Assembly: GCA_040081625.1 (NCBI GenBank)
Contig: JBEBGD010000038.1
Span: 1 to 44,472 of the forward strand
DNA length: 44,472 nt
Direction: 5' to 3'
DNA from: Chthoniobacteraceae bacterium
GTDB taxonomy: Bacteria; Verrucomicrobiota; Verrucomicrobiia; Chthoniobacterales; Chthoniobacteraceae
The notes beneath the pieces are model-generated. The model saw nothing but the letters and a program-made list of their open reading frames with translations. It was not told the DNA's origin and searched no databases. A program made the translations under genes and the position numbers. Positions within the stretch are counted from its first letter, which is position 1. Each line of letters opens with the position of its first letter. Below are positions 8,851 through 16,900 of the stretch, piece by piece.

Positions 8851-9966
8851 TCAGTCCAGCTTCTTCTTCGGTGCCGCGATGACTGGCACGCCCGGCGCGG
8901 GCACGGGCGCGGGCGGCGGCTCTGCGAGCCGGTTCACGTCGAACTCGGTGATGCCTTCCGCGTAGAGCGGGGTGCTGGCGACTTCCCATCCGGCGCCGAC
9001 GCCCTGCTGGTCGCAGATTTCGCGCGCGCGCAGGTAGTGCTCGAAGCTGTCGCGCGCGACGTGGAACCACACGACGCTCGCGGTGCCCTTGTAGCGGCGC
9101 AGGTCGTTCTGGAAGCGCGAGGTGATCTGCATGGCGGCGGCGAGCGGCTCGCCCTGGCCGGCGCGCGGGTGGAGCTGGAGCACGGCGCGCGTGGAGGTTT
9201 TGCTGACGACGATCTTGATGTCGAGGTTGCGCAGCGAGAGCCGGCGCTGCTCGAAGTGTTTCGCGACCTTTTCCTGGTCGTAGATGATCTTGGTCGCGCC
9301 TTTCGCGTCCTTGGTGCGCTCTTTTTCGAGCCGCGATTTCGCCTGCTGGAAGTCGGCGAGGACGAGTTTCATCGCGGCGTCGATGTCGAGGTAGAAGAGC
9401 TGTCCGCCGCTGACGAGGTAGCGCTCGAGCTTGGCCTTCTCGGGAAGCGGGCGGCTGTTCGGGATGCGGACGATTTTCGCCGCAGGCGGCGCGACGACGG
9501 GGGTCGTGTCGAGCACGGCCTTGAGCCGCTGCTGCTCGGCGAGCGCGGTGTCCACGGCCTTTTTCTGCACGTCGAGCTGCTTCTTGCGATCCTCGATTTG
9601 TTTGCGCAGCGAGTCGAGGTCGAGCAGCGGCGTCTTGGTCTGCGCGGCGGTGGTCTCGGCGACCTTGAGCTGCGGCTCGAGCTTCGCGAGCTCGGTCTTG
9701 TCTTTCGCCTCCTGCGCGACGATGCGGCTGATCGATTGCTTGAGCTTCTCGTGTTCGATCTCCTGCTTTTTCGCCTCTTCCTTGATCTCCTGCAGCTCCT
9801 CGATGCTCACCGGCGGCAGCTCGCTCACGATCTTCTTGAGCGCCTGCGACACGTTGATCTGCACGAGGATCAAAATGATGATCAGGATGCCGACGACGTT
9901 CGTCAGCGTGTCCATGAGCGAGTCGAGATTGACGCCGGCGGCGCCGCCGGATTTGCGTCGGGCCAT
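8851..9966 (-). CDS. ExbD/TolR-like single-TM protein with long coiled coil (partner 2 of TolQ-like motor)
   Basis: Start MARRKSGG at 9966; N-terminal VNLDSLMDTLTNVVGILIIILILV TM with an ExbD-like Asp; E/K/Q-rich coiled coil; C-terminal alpha/beta domain ending in a GVGAGWE motif. Confidence 0.7.
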   Translation of the reverse strand: MARRKSGGAAGVNLDSLMDTLTNVVGILIIILILVQINVSQALKKIVSELPPVSIEELQEIKEEAKKQEIEHEKLKQSISRIVAQEAKDKTELAKLEPQLKVAETTAAQTKTPLLDLDSLRKQIEDRKKQLDVQKKAVDTALAEQQRLKAVLDTTPVVAPPAAKIVRIPNSRPLPEKAKLERYLVSGGQLFYLDIDAAMKLVLADFQQAKSRLEKERTKDAKGATKIIYDQEKVAKHFEQRRLSLRNLDIKIVVSKTSTRAVLQLHPRAGQGEPLAAAMQITSRFQNDLRRYKGTASVVWFHVARDSFEHYLRAREICDQQGVGAGWEVASTPLYAEGITEFDVNRLAEPPPAPVPAPGVPVIAAPKKKLD

Positions 9967-9968
9967 GG

Positions 9969-10802
9969 TCAGTTCTTCACGGGGTTGAAGAGGCTCAGGT
10001 CCACCGCGCCCTGGCCGGGCAGCGGGATCTTGCCGGTGCGCACCTCGAAGGTGGCCTCGGCCCAGCCGGCCGCGCGGTTGTAGCTGGCGAGGCCGTCGTC
10101 GCGCAGGAGAAAGAGCAGCATGCTCTTCGGCGCCGCGGCGACTTGCTTGAGGAATGCGTCGTAGCCGGCGTCGGTGCCGATCGTGCCGGTGGTAAGGCGC
10201 AGCGGCTCCTCCCCTTCCCGATGCACGACGATGCCCGAGGCGTTGCACTCGACGAAGAAGAGCTTCGATACCTCGGTGCCCGCCGCGCCGGAGCCCGAGG
10301 GCTGCACGACGACCGTGGGCTTCGCGTCGATGTTCTTTTTCCGCGCGACGATCTCGGCCTTGAGCTTCGCGATCTCGGCCTGGATGGGCGGCAGCTCCTT
10401 CTTCACCACCTCGAGCTGCGTGATCATGTTCTCGAGTTCCTTTTGAAGCTCGGCGTTGGTCTCCTCCATCTTCTTCTTGTCGTCGGAGGAGACATCGAGC
10501 CGGCGGCGGAGCAGCACGTAGCGCTCGCGCTTGAGCTTCAGTTCCTCGGCGATCTGCTTGGCCTGCTCCTCCTCCTTTTTCCACTCCTCGAGTTCCTCCT
10601 TCTGCACCGTGGTCTGGCGCCGGAGCTTGTCGGCTTCACGCGCGCGGACGAACTCCTCCACGCTGCGCCCGTCGCCCAACATGCTCTGCACCATCGTGAG
10701 GATGACGATGAGCAGCACGAGCGCGCCGATGAGGCACACGAGGATGCTCAGAAACGGAAACAGCGAGATTTCCGGATCGGTGCGCTGGCGGGCCTGGGCC
10801 AT
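9969..10802 (-). CDS. ExbD/TolR-like single-TM protein with coiled coil (partner 1 of TolQ-like motor)
   Basis: N-terminal EISLFPFLSILVCLIGALVLLIVIL TM; coiled coil; C-terminal FVECNASGIVV...LFLLRDDG...GKIPLP domain. Confidence 0.7.
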   Translation of the reverse strand: MAQARQRTDPEISLFPFLSILVCLIGALVLLIVILTMVQSMLGDGRSVEEFVRAREADKLRRQTTVQKEELEEWKKEEEQAKQIAEELKLKRERYVLLRRRLDVSSDDKKKMEETNAELQKELENMITQLEVVKKELPPIQAEIAKLKAEIVARKKNIDAKPTVVVQPSGSGAAGTEVSKLFFVECNASGIVVHREGEEPLRLTTGTIGTDAGYDAFLKQVAAAPKSMLLFLLRDDGLASYNRAAGWAEATFEVRTGKIPLPGQGAVDLSLFNPVKN

Positions 10803-10811
10803 GGCGGGGCG

Positions 10812-12149
10812 CTATTTTTTCTCCCCGTCGGCGCTCTTGCCGCCGCCGAAGAGACTCCAGCCGCGCTTGGGCGGCACGTTGAGGACGATCTGTTTTTCGC
10901 CGAGCGCATTGAGCGCGCGGTTGAGGCTCTCGATGCCGCTGCTGAGGCTGCCCATGTATTTCTCGACCATCTTCGCGCTCGAGGTCACGGAGTCGCCGGT
11001 CTGCTGCATGAGCTGGCTGATGGAGACGTTGAGCTGCTCGTGGACGACCTGCTGGTGGTGCTGCGCGCGCGCCTCGAGATTCTCCGCGGCGTGCTGCACG
11101 GTGGCGGTCACATTGCCGATGTCCTCCGCGAGCCGCATCTGCCCGGCGACAAAGTCGGTGAGCATCTGGGTGAAGGCCGCGGGATTCTCGAGCAGCCGGC
11201 TCGCCGCCGCGGTGTTGGCGCTGCCGTCGTTGAGGCGCGGGAGCATCTGCTCGTTGCAGAAGGCGTCGATGTCGGTGAGGCAGTCGTCTTCACGCGCCTG
11301 CATCGTGCTCATCGGGAAGATGAGAACCATGCTCAGGATCAGGCCGAGCAGCGTCGTATTGAACGCCGTCGCGAGGCCGGAGGTGATCGCGGCGACCGCG
11401 CCCTTGAGCGCCTCCATGTCGTTGAGGTCGGTCGTGCCGAAGCTCGCCATGGCGACCGAGAGACCGAGCACGGTGCCGATGAAGCCGAGGATCGGGATCG
11501 CCCACAGGAAGACCTTCAGCAGCGCGTAGCTGCTGGCGATGCGGTTCGCATCGACGGTCGATTGCGCGTTGAGCATCGCGGTGACTTCGGTGTTGTTCGT
11601 GCGCACCTCGAAAAGCTCGAGCCCCTTGCGGATGCGGTTGACCATCATGCTGTCGCGCAGCCGCTCGGGCAGCCGGTAAACCTGGTCGATGAACATATCC
11701 ACGTTCGCCGCGTTGATCTCCTTGCCGATCTTCTGCGGGAGCACGTCGAGCAGCAGCGCGTCGTGCTGGTGGCGGGTCTTCCGCGATTTGAGGAAGAGGA
11801 TGCCGAGGCCCCAGAAGAAGAGGACGAACTCCGCGTAGTTCACCCAGCCGCCGGAGAAGAAGACCTGCCCGATGAAGCTGTTCCTCACGAGGTAGAGCAG
11901 CCCGACTGTGACGAGCATCGCGCCCATGCCGTAGCCGAGCGCGAGCCAGGCGTTGACGTTCGAGGGATCGGTCTCCGGCCAGCCGCCGCGCTTTCCCTCC
12001 GCGCCGAGGCCGAGCCCGGAGCCGACCGCGCTGGGCGTGGCGGCGGGGATCTGCAGGCGCTGGCCGCAACTCGGGCAATTGACCGTCTGGCCGGCGAGCG
12101 ACGGCTCTGCGTTCAGCGACATCTCACAATGGGGACAAGCGAAGATCAT
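10812..12149 (-). CDS. MotA/TolQ/ExbB proton-channel family protein with N-terminal zinc ribbon and long C-terminal tail
   Basis: CPHC...CPSC at the N-terminus; TM segments; channel motifs AIPILGFIGTVLGL and GLATAFNTTLLGL. Confidence 0.85.
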   Translation of the reverse strand: MIFACPHCEMSLNAEPSLAGQTVNCPSCGQRLQIPAATPSAVGSGLGLGAEGKRGGWPETDPSNVNAWLALGYGMGAMLVTVGLLYLVRNSFIGQVFFSGGWVNYAEFVLFFWGLGILFLKSRKTRHQHDALLLDVLPQKIGKEINAANVDMFIDQVYRLPERLRDSMMVNRIRKGLELFEVRTNNTEVTAMLNAQSTVDANRIASSYALLKVFLWAIPILGFIGTVLGLSVAMASFGTTDLNDMEALKGAVAAITSGLATAFNTTLLGLILSMVLIFPMSTMQAREDDCLTDIDAFCNEQMLPRLNDGSANTAAASRLLENPAAFTQMLTDFVAGQMRLAEDIGNVTATVQHAAENLEARAQHHQQVVHEQLNVSISQLMQQTGDSVTSSAKMVEKYMGSLSSGIESLNRALNALGEKQIVLNVPPKRGWSLFGGGKSADGEKK

Positions 12150-12228
12150 GGCTCGTCGTCGTTACGTCGCCGCGCGCGGACTTGCAACACGCGTTAAATC
12201 ATCCGTCCGCGCCCCTCGCGCGCGGGTC

Positions 12229-13398
12229 TCAGCGCTGCACGGCCTTGAACTTCGCCATCGCCTCGAGCACCGCGCGCGCGGTGAGCAGGAGCGCGCGGCT
12301 GCGGTCGGCGTTTTCCGTCACCGACTCCGCCGGCCGCTCGGTGTAGGAGCGCACGACTTCGCCGTAGCCGATCACCGCATCGAGGACGGGCAGCGAGTTC
12401 ACGTCGAAGTGCGGTCGCGAGGCCTCGAGCTTGGCGATCTCCGCCTGCACCGTCGCGTTCGGGAGCTTGGTGAGGTCGTTCGGGAAGGATGACTGCACGA
12501 CGGTGAAGATCGTCGGCGCGAGATTTTCGATCGCGTAGAACGTGCCCTCCGCGGAGAGCTTGTCGAACTGGCCCGTCGTCGCGCGCAGCAGCAGTCGCGC
12601 GCTCACGCAGCTCGGCATCGACACCATCGTGCTGCGCAGGTCTTCCTTCACCTCGTCGTTGCGGAGCATTTCCTCGGGCTTGGCGCCCGCGGCCTTGAGC
12701 GCCTGCTGCACGTTGCCGAAAAAGCCGAGCCCTTTCACCATCTCCGGTGTGAGCGTGGTGTCGGCGATCGGCTTGGCGTCCTCATACGAGTTCACCGCGA
12801 AGAACTGCGTGGTGGAAAAAATCGCCGGCCCGGCGCTCACCATCATGTCGGTCACCTGCGCGACCTGTTTCTCGGTCATGATCACGCGACCGGCGCCCGC
12901 CTTCATCACCGCGAGCAGGCGTGGGATGGCGTCCTTCACCGGCTGCACGTCGCCGTCGGCCTCGAAGGTGCCCATCGCCATGCAACCCGGGTCGGGCTTC
13001 CAACCACCAAGCGCGGCGTCGAGCCCGATGGCGAGGCCGAGGCCCGACGCAGCGAGATCGTTCGCCGCGACCATGCCCGTGAAGGTGATCTCGATGCGCT
13101 GCGACTTGAGTTTGCCGGGGTGCAGCTTCTCGATCGCCGCGGTCACCGCCTGGAGCACCTTGCTCGCGTCGGGCGGCACGCGCTGCGTGAAGACCGGCCC
13201 GCCGATCCCGCCCGCGAGCCGCACCTCGACATTCGCGATGTCGGCCACCGGCCGCTTGCCCGGCTGCGCCGGCAGAAGCAGCGGCACTTTCACCACGGTG
13301 AGATTCGGCGCCGGCGGCGAAGCGGGCACCTGCGCGCGCAGCGAGGTCGCGAGGAAAACAAGCGCGGAACAGAGCAGGACCGGAATCTTCATGAACAT
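12229..13398 (-). CDS. Secreted protein with Lon protease (S16) proteolytic-domain-like segment
   Basis: Signal peptide; segment ASGLGLAIGLDAALGGWKPDPGCMAMGTFEADGDVQPVKDAIPRLLAVMKAGAGRVIM parallels the Lon C-domain pattern (SAG..A.AL.SA..G.......AMTGE....G.V.PVGG...K..AA..AG...V). Confidence 0.6.
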   Translation of the reverse strand: MFMKIPVLLCSALVFLATSLRAQVPASPPAPNLTVVKVPLLLPAQPGKRPVADIANVEVRLAGGIGGPVFTQRVPPDASKVLQAVTAAIEKLHPGKLKSQRIEITFTGMVAANDLAASGLGLAIGLDAALGGWKPDPGCMAMGTFEADGDVQPVKDAIPRLLAVMKAGAGRVIMTEKQVAQVTDMMVSAGPAIFSTTQFFAVNSYEDAKPIADTTLTPEMVKGLGFFGNVQQALKAAGAKPEEMLRNDEVKEDLRSTMVSMPSCVSARLLLRATTGQFDKLSAEGTFYAIENLAPTIFTVVQSSFPNDLTKLPNATVQAEIAKLEASRPHFDVNSLPVLDAVIGYGEVVRSYTERPAESVTENADRSRALLLTARAVLEAMAKFKAVQR

Positions 13399-13449
13399 GG
13401 AAAAGGGCGTGCCGTGTAGTGCAGGCGCGGGCCGCGCGCAAGCTGGAGG

Positions 13450-16008
13450 CTAGTTGGCCACTGTCACCGTCGCGCTCGCCTCGCCGGTCTGGCCGGCGTC
13501 GTCGGTCACGACGATGCGCAGCGTGTGCGGGCCGTTCGTGAGCGCGGTGGTGTCGAAGAGGTTGTGCGCGCCGCCGAGGTGGTAGTGCGCTTCGCGGTTC
13601 GTGTCGGTGTGGACGAGCTGGCCGTCGATGTAGAACTCCGCCTTCGCCGTGCCGTAGTCATCGACGCTGCCGCCGAACAACTCGGCGTTCGCGCCGGAGA
13701 TCGTCGCGCCGTGCTGCGGCTCGATGAGGAAGGCCACCGGCGCGGCATCGGCGCTGACGGTGATCGCGAAGGTCTGGTCGGTCGCTCCGGGCCTGTTGCT
13801 CGCGCGCAGCGTCACGGGGAAATCGCCGGTCGCATCCGGCGTCCACGTGAGCGTGCCGGTCGTCGCGTCGATGCTCATGCCCGCGGGCGCGCTCACGATT
13901 TCAAAGACTGGAGCGGGGCGCGCGCGCAACTCGGGCGTGTAGCTGTAGAGCCGGTTCACGACGGCCTGCTGCTTCGGCGTGCTGGTGAAAAGCGGGCGGG
14001 TCGGGTCGTTGTCGAGCACGCTCACGGCGATCTCGCGATCGAGGTAACCCGTCGCGCGCACGACGTAGGTGATCGCCTCGTCCGTGCGGTTCGTGTCCTG
14101 GACGCCGCGCAGGATCACGCGGTGCGGGAGGTTCCAGTTCTTCGCCGTCAGCCGGAGCAACGCACCGCGCACGACTTGCGCGCGGCCGCGCGGACCGCTG
14201 CCGGGCCGCACCCGCACGAGCACCGGTCGCGCGGGCGGCGCCGGGAGCGTGTAGGTGAACGATGCATAGCGACCTTCGCGCAGCTCGAGCGCATTTGTCG
14301 AGACGACGAACTGCGGGAAATTCTCATCGATCGCGGTGGCGTGGACATCGACGGGCTCGAAACCCGGCGCGGTGACGGTGAAGGTCGCGGTGTCGTCGAG
14401 CGTGTCCTCGTCGCTCGCGGCGGCGAGCGTCACGGCCTGCGGCACAGCCCAGTTCTGCGGCGTGAAATCGAAGGACGTGGAGCCCAGAATATCGACGTCG
14501 TTCGCACCGGCCACGATCGCGCCCGTCTTGTGAATCTGCACGGTGACGGTGCCGGCCGGCTGCGCGCCGGGGCGCACGGTGAAGCCTGCCCTGGCGCCTT
14601 CACTCATCGTGATCTCCGTCGGCGAGACGATGAATCCCGGCACGCCCGTGAACGCGACGCGACGCACTTCGCCGCGGCCGATGTCGGAATAATAAAGCGC
14701 GCCGTCGGGCCCGGCCGCCACATCCGTCGGGCCGCCGATGTCGCCGATGAAGCGTGTGATCTTCACCGGCCGCCCGTCCGCGCCGACCTGCGCGCGCAGA
14801 AGACCGCCGAGCACGTAGTCGCAGTAGAAAAAGTTGCCATGATACGCCGCCGGGAAGGCGCTGCTGTCGTAGAAACAACCGCCCGTGATCGAGCCGCCCT
14901 GCACGAGCGCATCGACGTGGCCGCTGCTGCCGCCGAGCGCGCTGCCCGGCGCCGCGGCGGTGAAGCTCGTCGTCGTCGGCACGGCGCTCACCGTGTAGCT
15001 GCCGTCGAGTGTGCCGGTGTTCGTGAGCACGACGGCCTGGCCGACTCGAAACGGATGCGCACTCGTGGTCGTGACGGTGAGCGTGCCTGCTCCGCGCTGG
15101 AAGCTCGCGACCGTGCGGTCGAACGCGCCATCGCCAAAGTAGTCGGTCGCATATTGAATCACCGGCCGGATGCTCGCCCGCGGAAAGGGCGTGTTGTAGC
15201 GCGGGTTTGCGGGCTGATTCCCCTCGTAGTCGTCGTAGCCGCCGTCATTGCCGCGGCGCACGATGAAGACCTGCTCGTAGCCCGCGGTCGTGCGCGGCTC
15301 GGTCTGGCCTTGCGGAGTCGAGCCGACGACGTTCAGCCACAGCTCGCCGCTGCCGGGACGGAAGGTGAGTGTGAACGGATTCCGAAAGCCGGTCGCCCAG
15401 ATGTAGTCGTTGTTCGGCCCCGCGCCGTCGTTGAACGGATTGTCCGCCGGCACCGTCCCGTCCTTGTTCGCGCGGCCGACCTTCGCCGCGAGCGAGGTGA
15501 GATTTCCATCCACGCCGATCTTCGCGCCGAGGTCGCCGATGGCGAAGTAGAGCTTCCCATCCGGCCCGAAACCGAGCGCGCCGCCGTCGTGATTCTGCCC
15601 GAGCGTCGGCAGGTTCGTGAGGATGTTCGTGCGCTGCGTGCCGGTGCTGTCCTGGTCGGTGAATCGCACGATGCGCTGCTCGGACGCGCTGACGGTGACG
15701 AAGACATAGACGAAGTGATTCGTCGCGAAGTCCGGGTCGAACGCGAGCCCGAGCACGCCGCACTCACTCTGCGTGTAGAGCTGCGGAAAAGTCGCGAACA
15801 GCTCCGCGCGCTGGACGCCGTTCTCGATCACCGCGATACCCGAGGTTTTCAGCGAAACGAAAAGCCGGCCCGAGCCATCCGGCGCCCACGCGAGGCAGGT
15901 CGGCTGGTTGAGCCCGCCGACGAAGCGCGTGTCCGCGAAATCGGTCTCGAGCGGCACTCCGGCGAGGGCGCCGGAAACAGCGACGAGGAGGAGGAGCAGG
16001 CGCTTCAT
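13450..16008 (-). CDS. PQQ-dependent sugar dehydrogenase-like (GSDH beta-propeller) protein with Ig/cadherin-like and Big domains
   Basis: Signal peptide MKRLLLLLVAVSGALA; GVLGLAFDPDF, NHDGGALGFGPDGKLY, ATGFRNPF; two FTxxNW-type Ig-like repeats, He_PIG-like PAGMSIDATTGTLTWTP and a C-terminal Big-like domain. Confidence 0.8.
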   Translation of the reverse strand: MKRLLLLLVAVSGALAGVPLETDFADTRFVGGLNQPTCLAWAPDGSGRLFVSLKTSGIAVIENGVQRAELFATFPQLYTQSECGVLGLAFDPDFATNHFVYVFVTVSASEQRIVRFTDQDSTGTQRTNILTNLPTLGQNHDGGALGFGPDGKLYFAIGDLGAKIGVDGNLTSLAAKVGRANKDGTVPADNPFNDGAGPNNDYIWATGFRNPFTLTFRPGSGELWLNVVGSTPQGQTEPRTTAGYEQVFIVRRGNDGGYDDYEGNQPANPRYNTPFPRASIRPVIQYATDYFGDGAFDRTVASFQRGAGTLTVTTTSAHPFRVGQAVVLTNTGTLDGSYTVSAVPTTTSFTAAAPGSALGGSSGHVDALVQGGSITGGCFYDSSAFPAAYHGNFFYCDYVLGGLLRAQVGADGRPVKITRFIGDIGGPTDVAAGPDGALYYSDIGRGEVRRVAFTGVPGFIVSPTEITMSEGARAGFTVRPGAQPAGTVTVQIHKTGAIVAGANDVDILGSTSFDFTPQNWAVPQAVTLAAASDEDTLDDTATFTVTAPGFEPVDVHATAIDENFPQFVVSTNALELREGRYASFTYTLPAPPARPVLVRVRPGSGPRGRAQVVRGALLRLTAKNWNLPHRVILRGVQDTNRTDEAITYVVRATGYLDREIAVSVLDNDPTRPLFTSTPKQQAVVNRLYSYTPELRARPAPVFEIVSAPAGMSIDATTGTLTWTPDATGDFPVTLRASNRPGATDQTFAITVSADAAPVAFLIEPQHGATISGANAELFGGSVDDYGTAKAEFYIDGQLVHTDTNREAHYHLGGAHNLFDTTALTNGPHTLRIVVTDDAGQTGEASATVTVAN

Positions 16009-16090
16009 CAGGCCGGAAGTAAGCACACTCTCCAGCCGCAGGCGAACTGCGGCATTGCCCGCGAGCCGCGCTCCCGCTAGCGGCGTGACC

Positions 16091-16900
16091 GTGATCGAGA
16101 CTCCGGACTCCCAGCCACCAAATGTCGGCGGACGAAAATGCGAACTCTGCACGACCCACGGCAAGGAAGCGGACATGCTGCGCTTTGGCGAGGTCTGGGT
16201 GTGCGCGGCTTGCAAGCCGCTCTATGTTGAGCGGCTCAAGACCGGCATCCCGCCGACGCGCTCAGCGTTTCGCGATCTTTCGTCGCTCACGCGGGCGCTG
16301 CACGGACTCCTGATCGCGGACATCGCGGTCCTGTGCCTGGCGGCCGCAAGCGGAGCCGTCGAGCTCGGGATGCTGCTGAAATCGGGCGTCGGAATCGATT
16401 TGGAGAATCTCACCTGGAGCAACATCGCCGTGGGATTGATCGGGCTCCTCCAACTCGGCGTCTCGCTCGCGGTCGGCATCGTCTTCCTGCGCTGGATCTA
16501 CCTCGTGAACGCGAACGCGCGAGCCGTGGGAGCGACCAAGATGCAGTTCACTCCCGGATGGTCGATCGGCTGGTATTTCATCCCGTTCGCGAACCTGTGG
16601 AAACCGTATCAGGCGATGAAGGAAATCTGGCGCGCGAGCTTCGACCCGGAGAACTGGCGGAGCGTAAAAGTTGCGTCGATTCTCCCGCTGTGGTGGACGC
16701 TCTGGATTCTCTCGAGCGTGCTCGGGCAGGCTGCGTTTCGCGCCACGATGCGCGCGGACGAACGGTCGGAATTGATCGCCGCATCCGTCATCATGCTGGT
16801 CTCGGACGCGATCGACATCCCGCTCGCGATCGTCGCCATCGCGCTGGTGACGAGGATCTGGGCCGCGCAACGGCAGCGCGGCGTGGGAACGGGTCAGTAA
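16091..16900 (+). CDS. DUF4328-like membrane protein with N-terminal Cys cluster
   Basis: FTPGWSIGWYFIPFANLWKPYQAMKEIW and LPLWWTLW motifs; CELC...CAACK at the N-terminus. Start uncertain (GTG 16085 or 16091). Confidence 0.75.
   Translation: MIETPDSQPPNVGGRKCELCTTHGKEADMLRFGEVWVCAACKPLYVERLKTGIPPTRSAFRDLSSLTRALHGLLIADIAVLCLAAASGAVELGMLLKSGVGIDLENLTWSNIAVGLIGLLQLGVSLAVGIVFLRWIYLVNANARAVGATKMQFTPGWSIGWYFIPFANLWKPYQAMKEIWRASFDPENWRSVKVASILPLWWTLWILSSVLGQAAFRATMRADERSELIAASVIMLVSDAIDIPLAIVAIALVTRIWAAQRQRGVGTGQ

Noticed and set aside
8851..12149. Calling the motor trio Zorya (ZorAB) or a standard ExbBD/TolQR
   Set aside because: There is no OmpA-like peptidoglycan-binding domain, no ZorC/D/E, TonB or TolA/B in the window, and two distinct B-like subunits are present.
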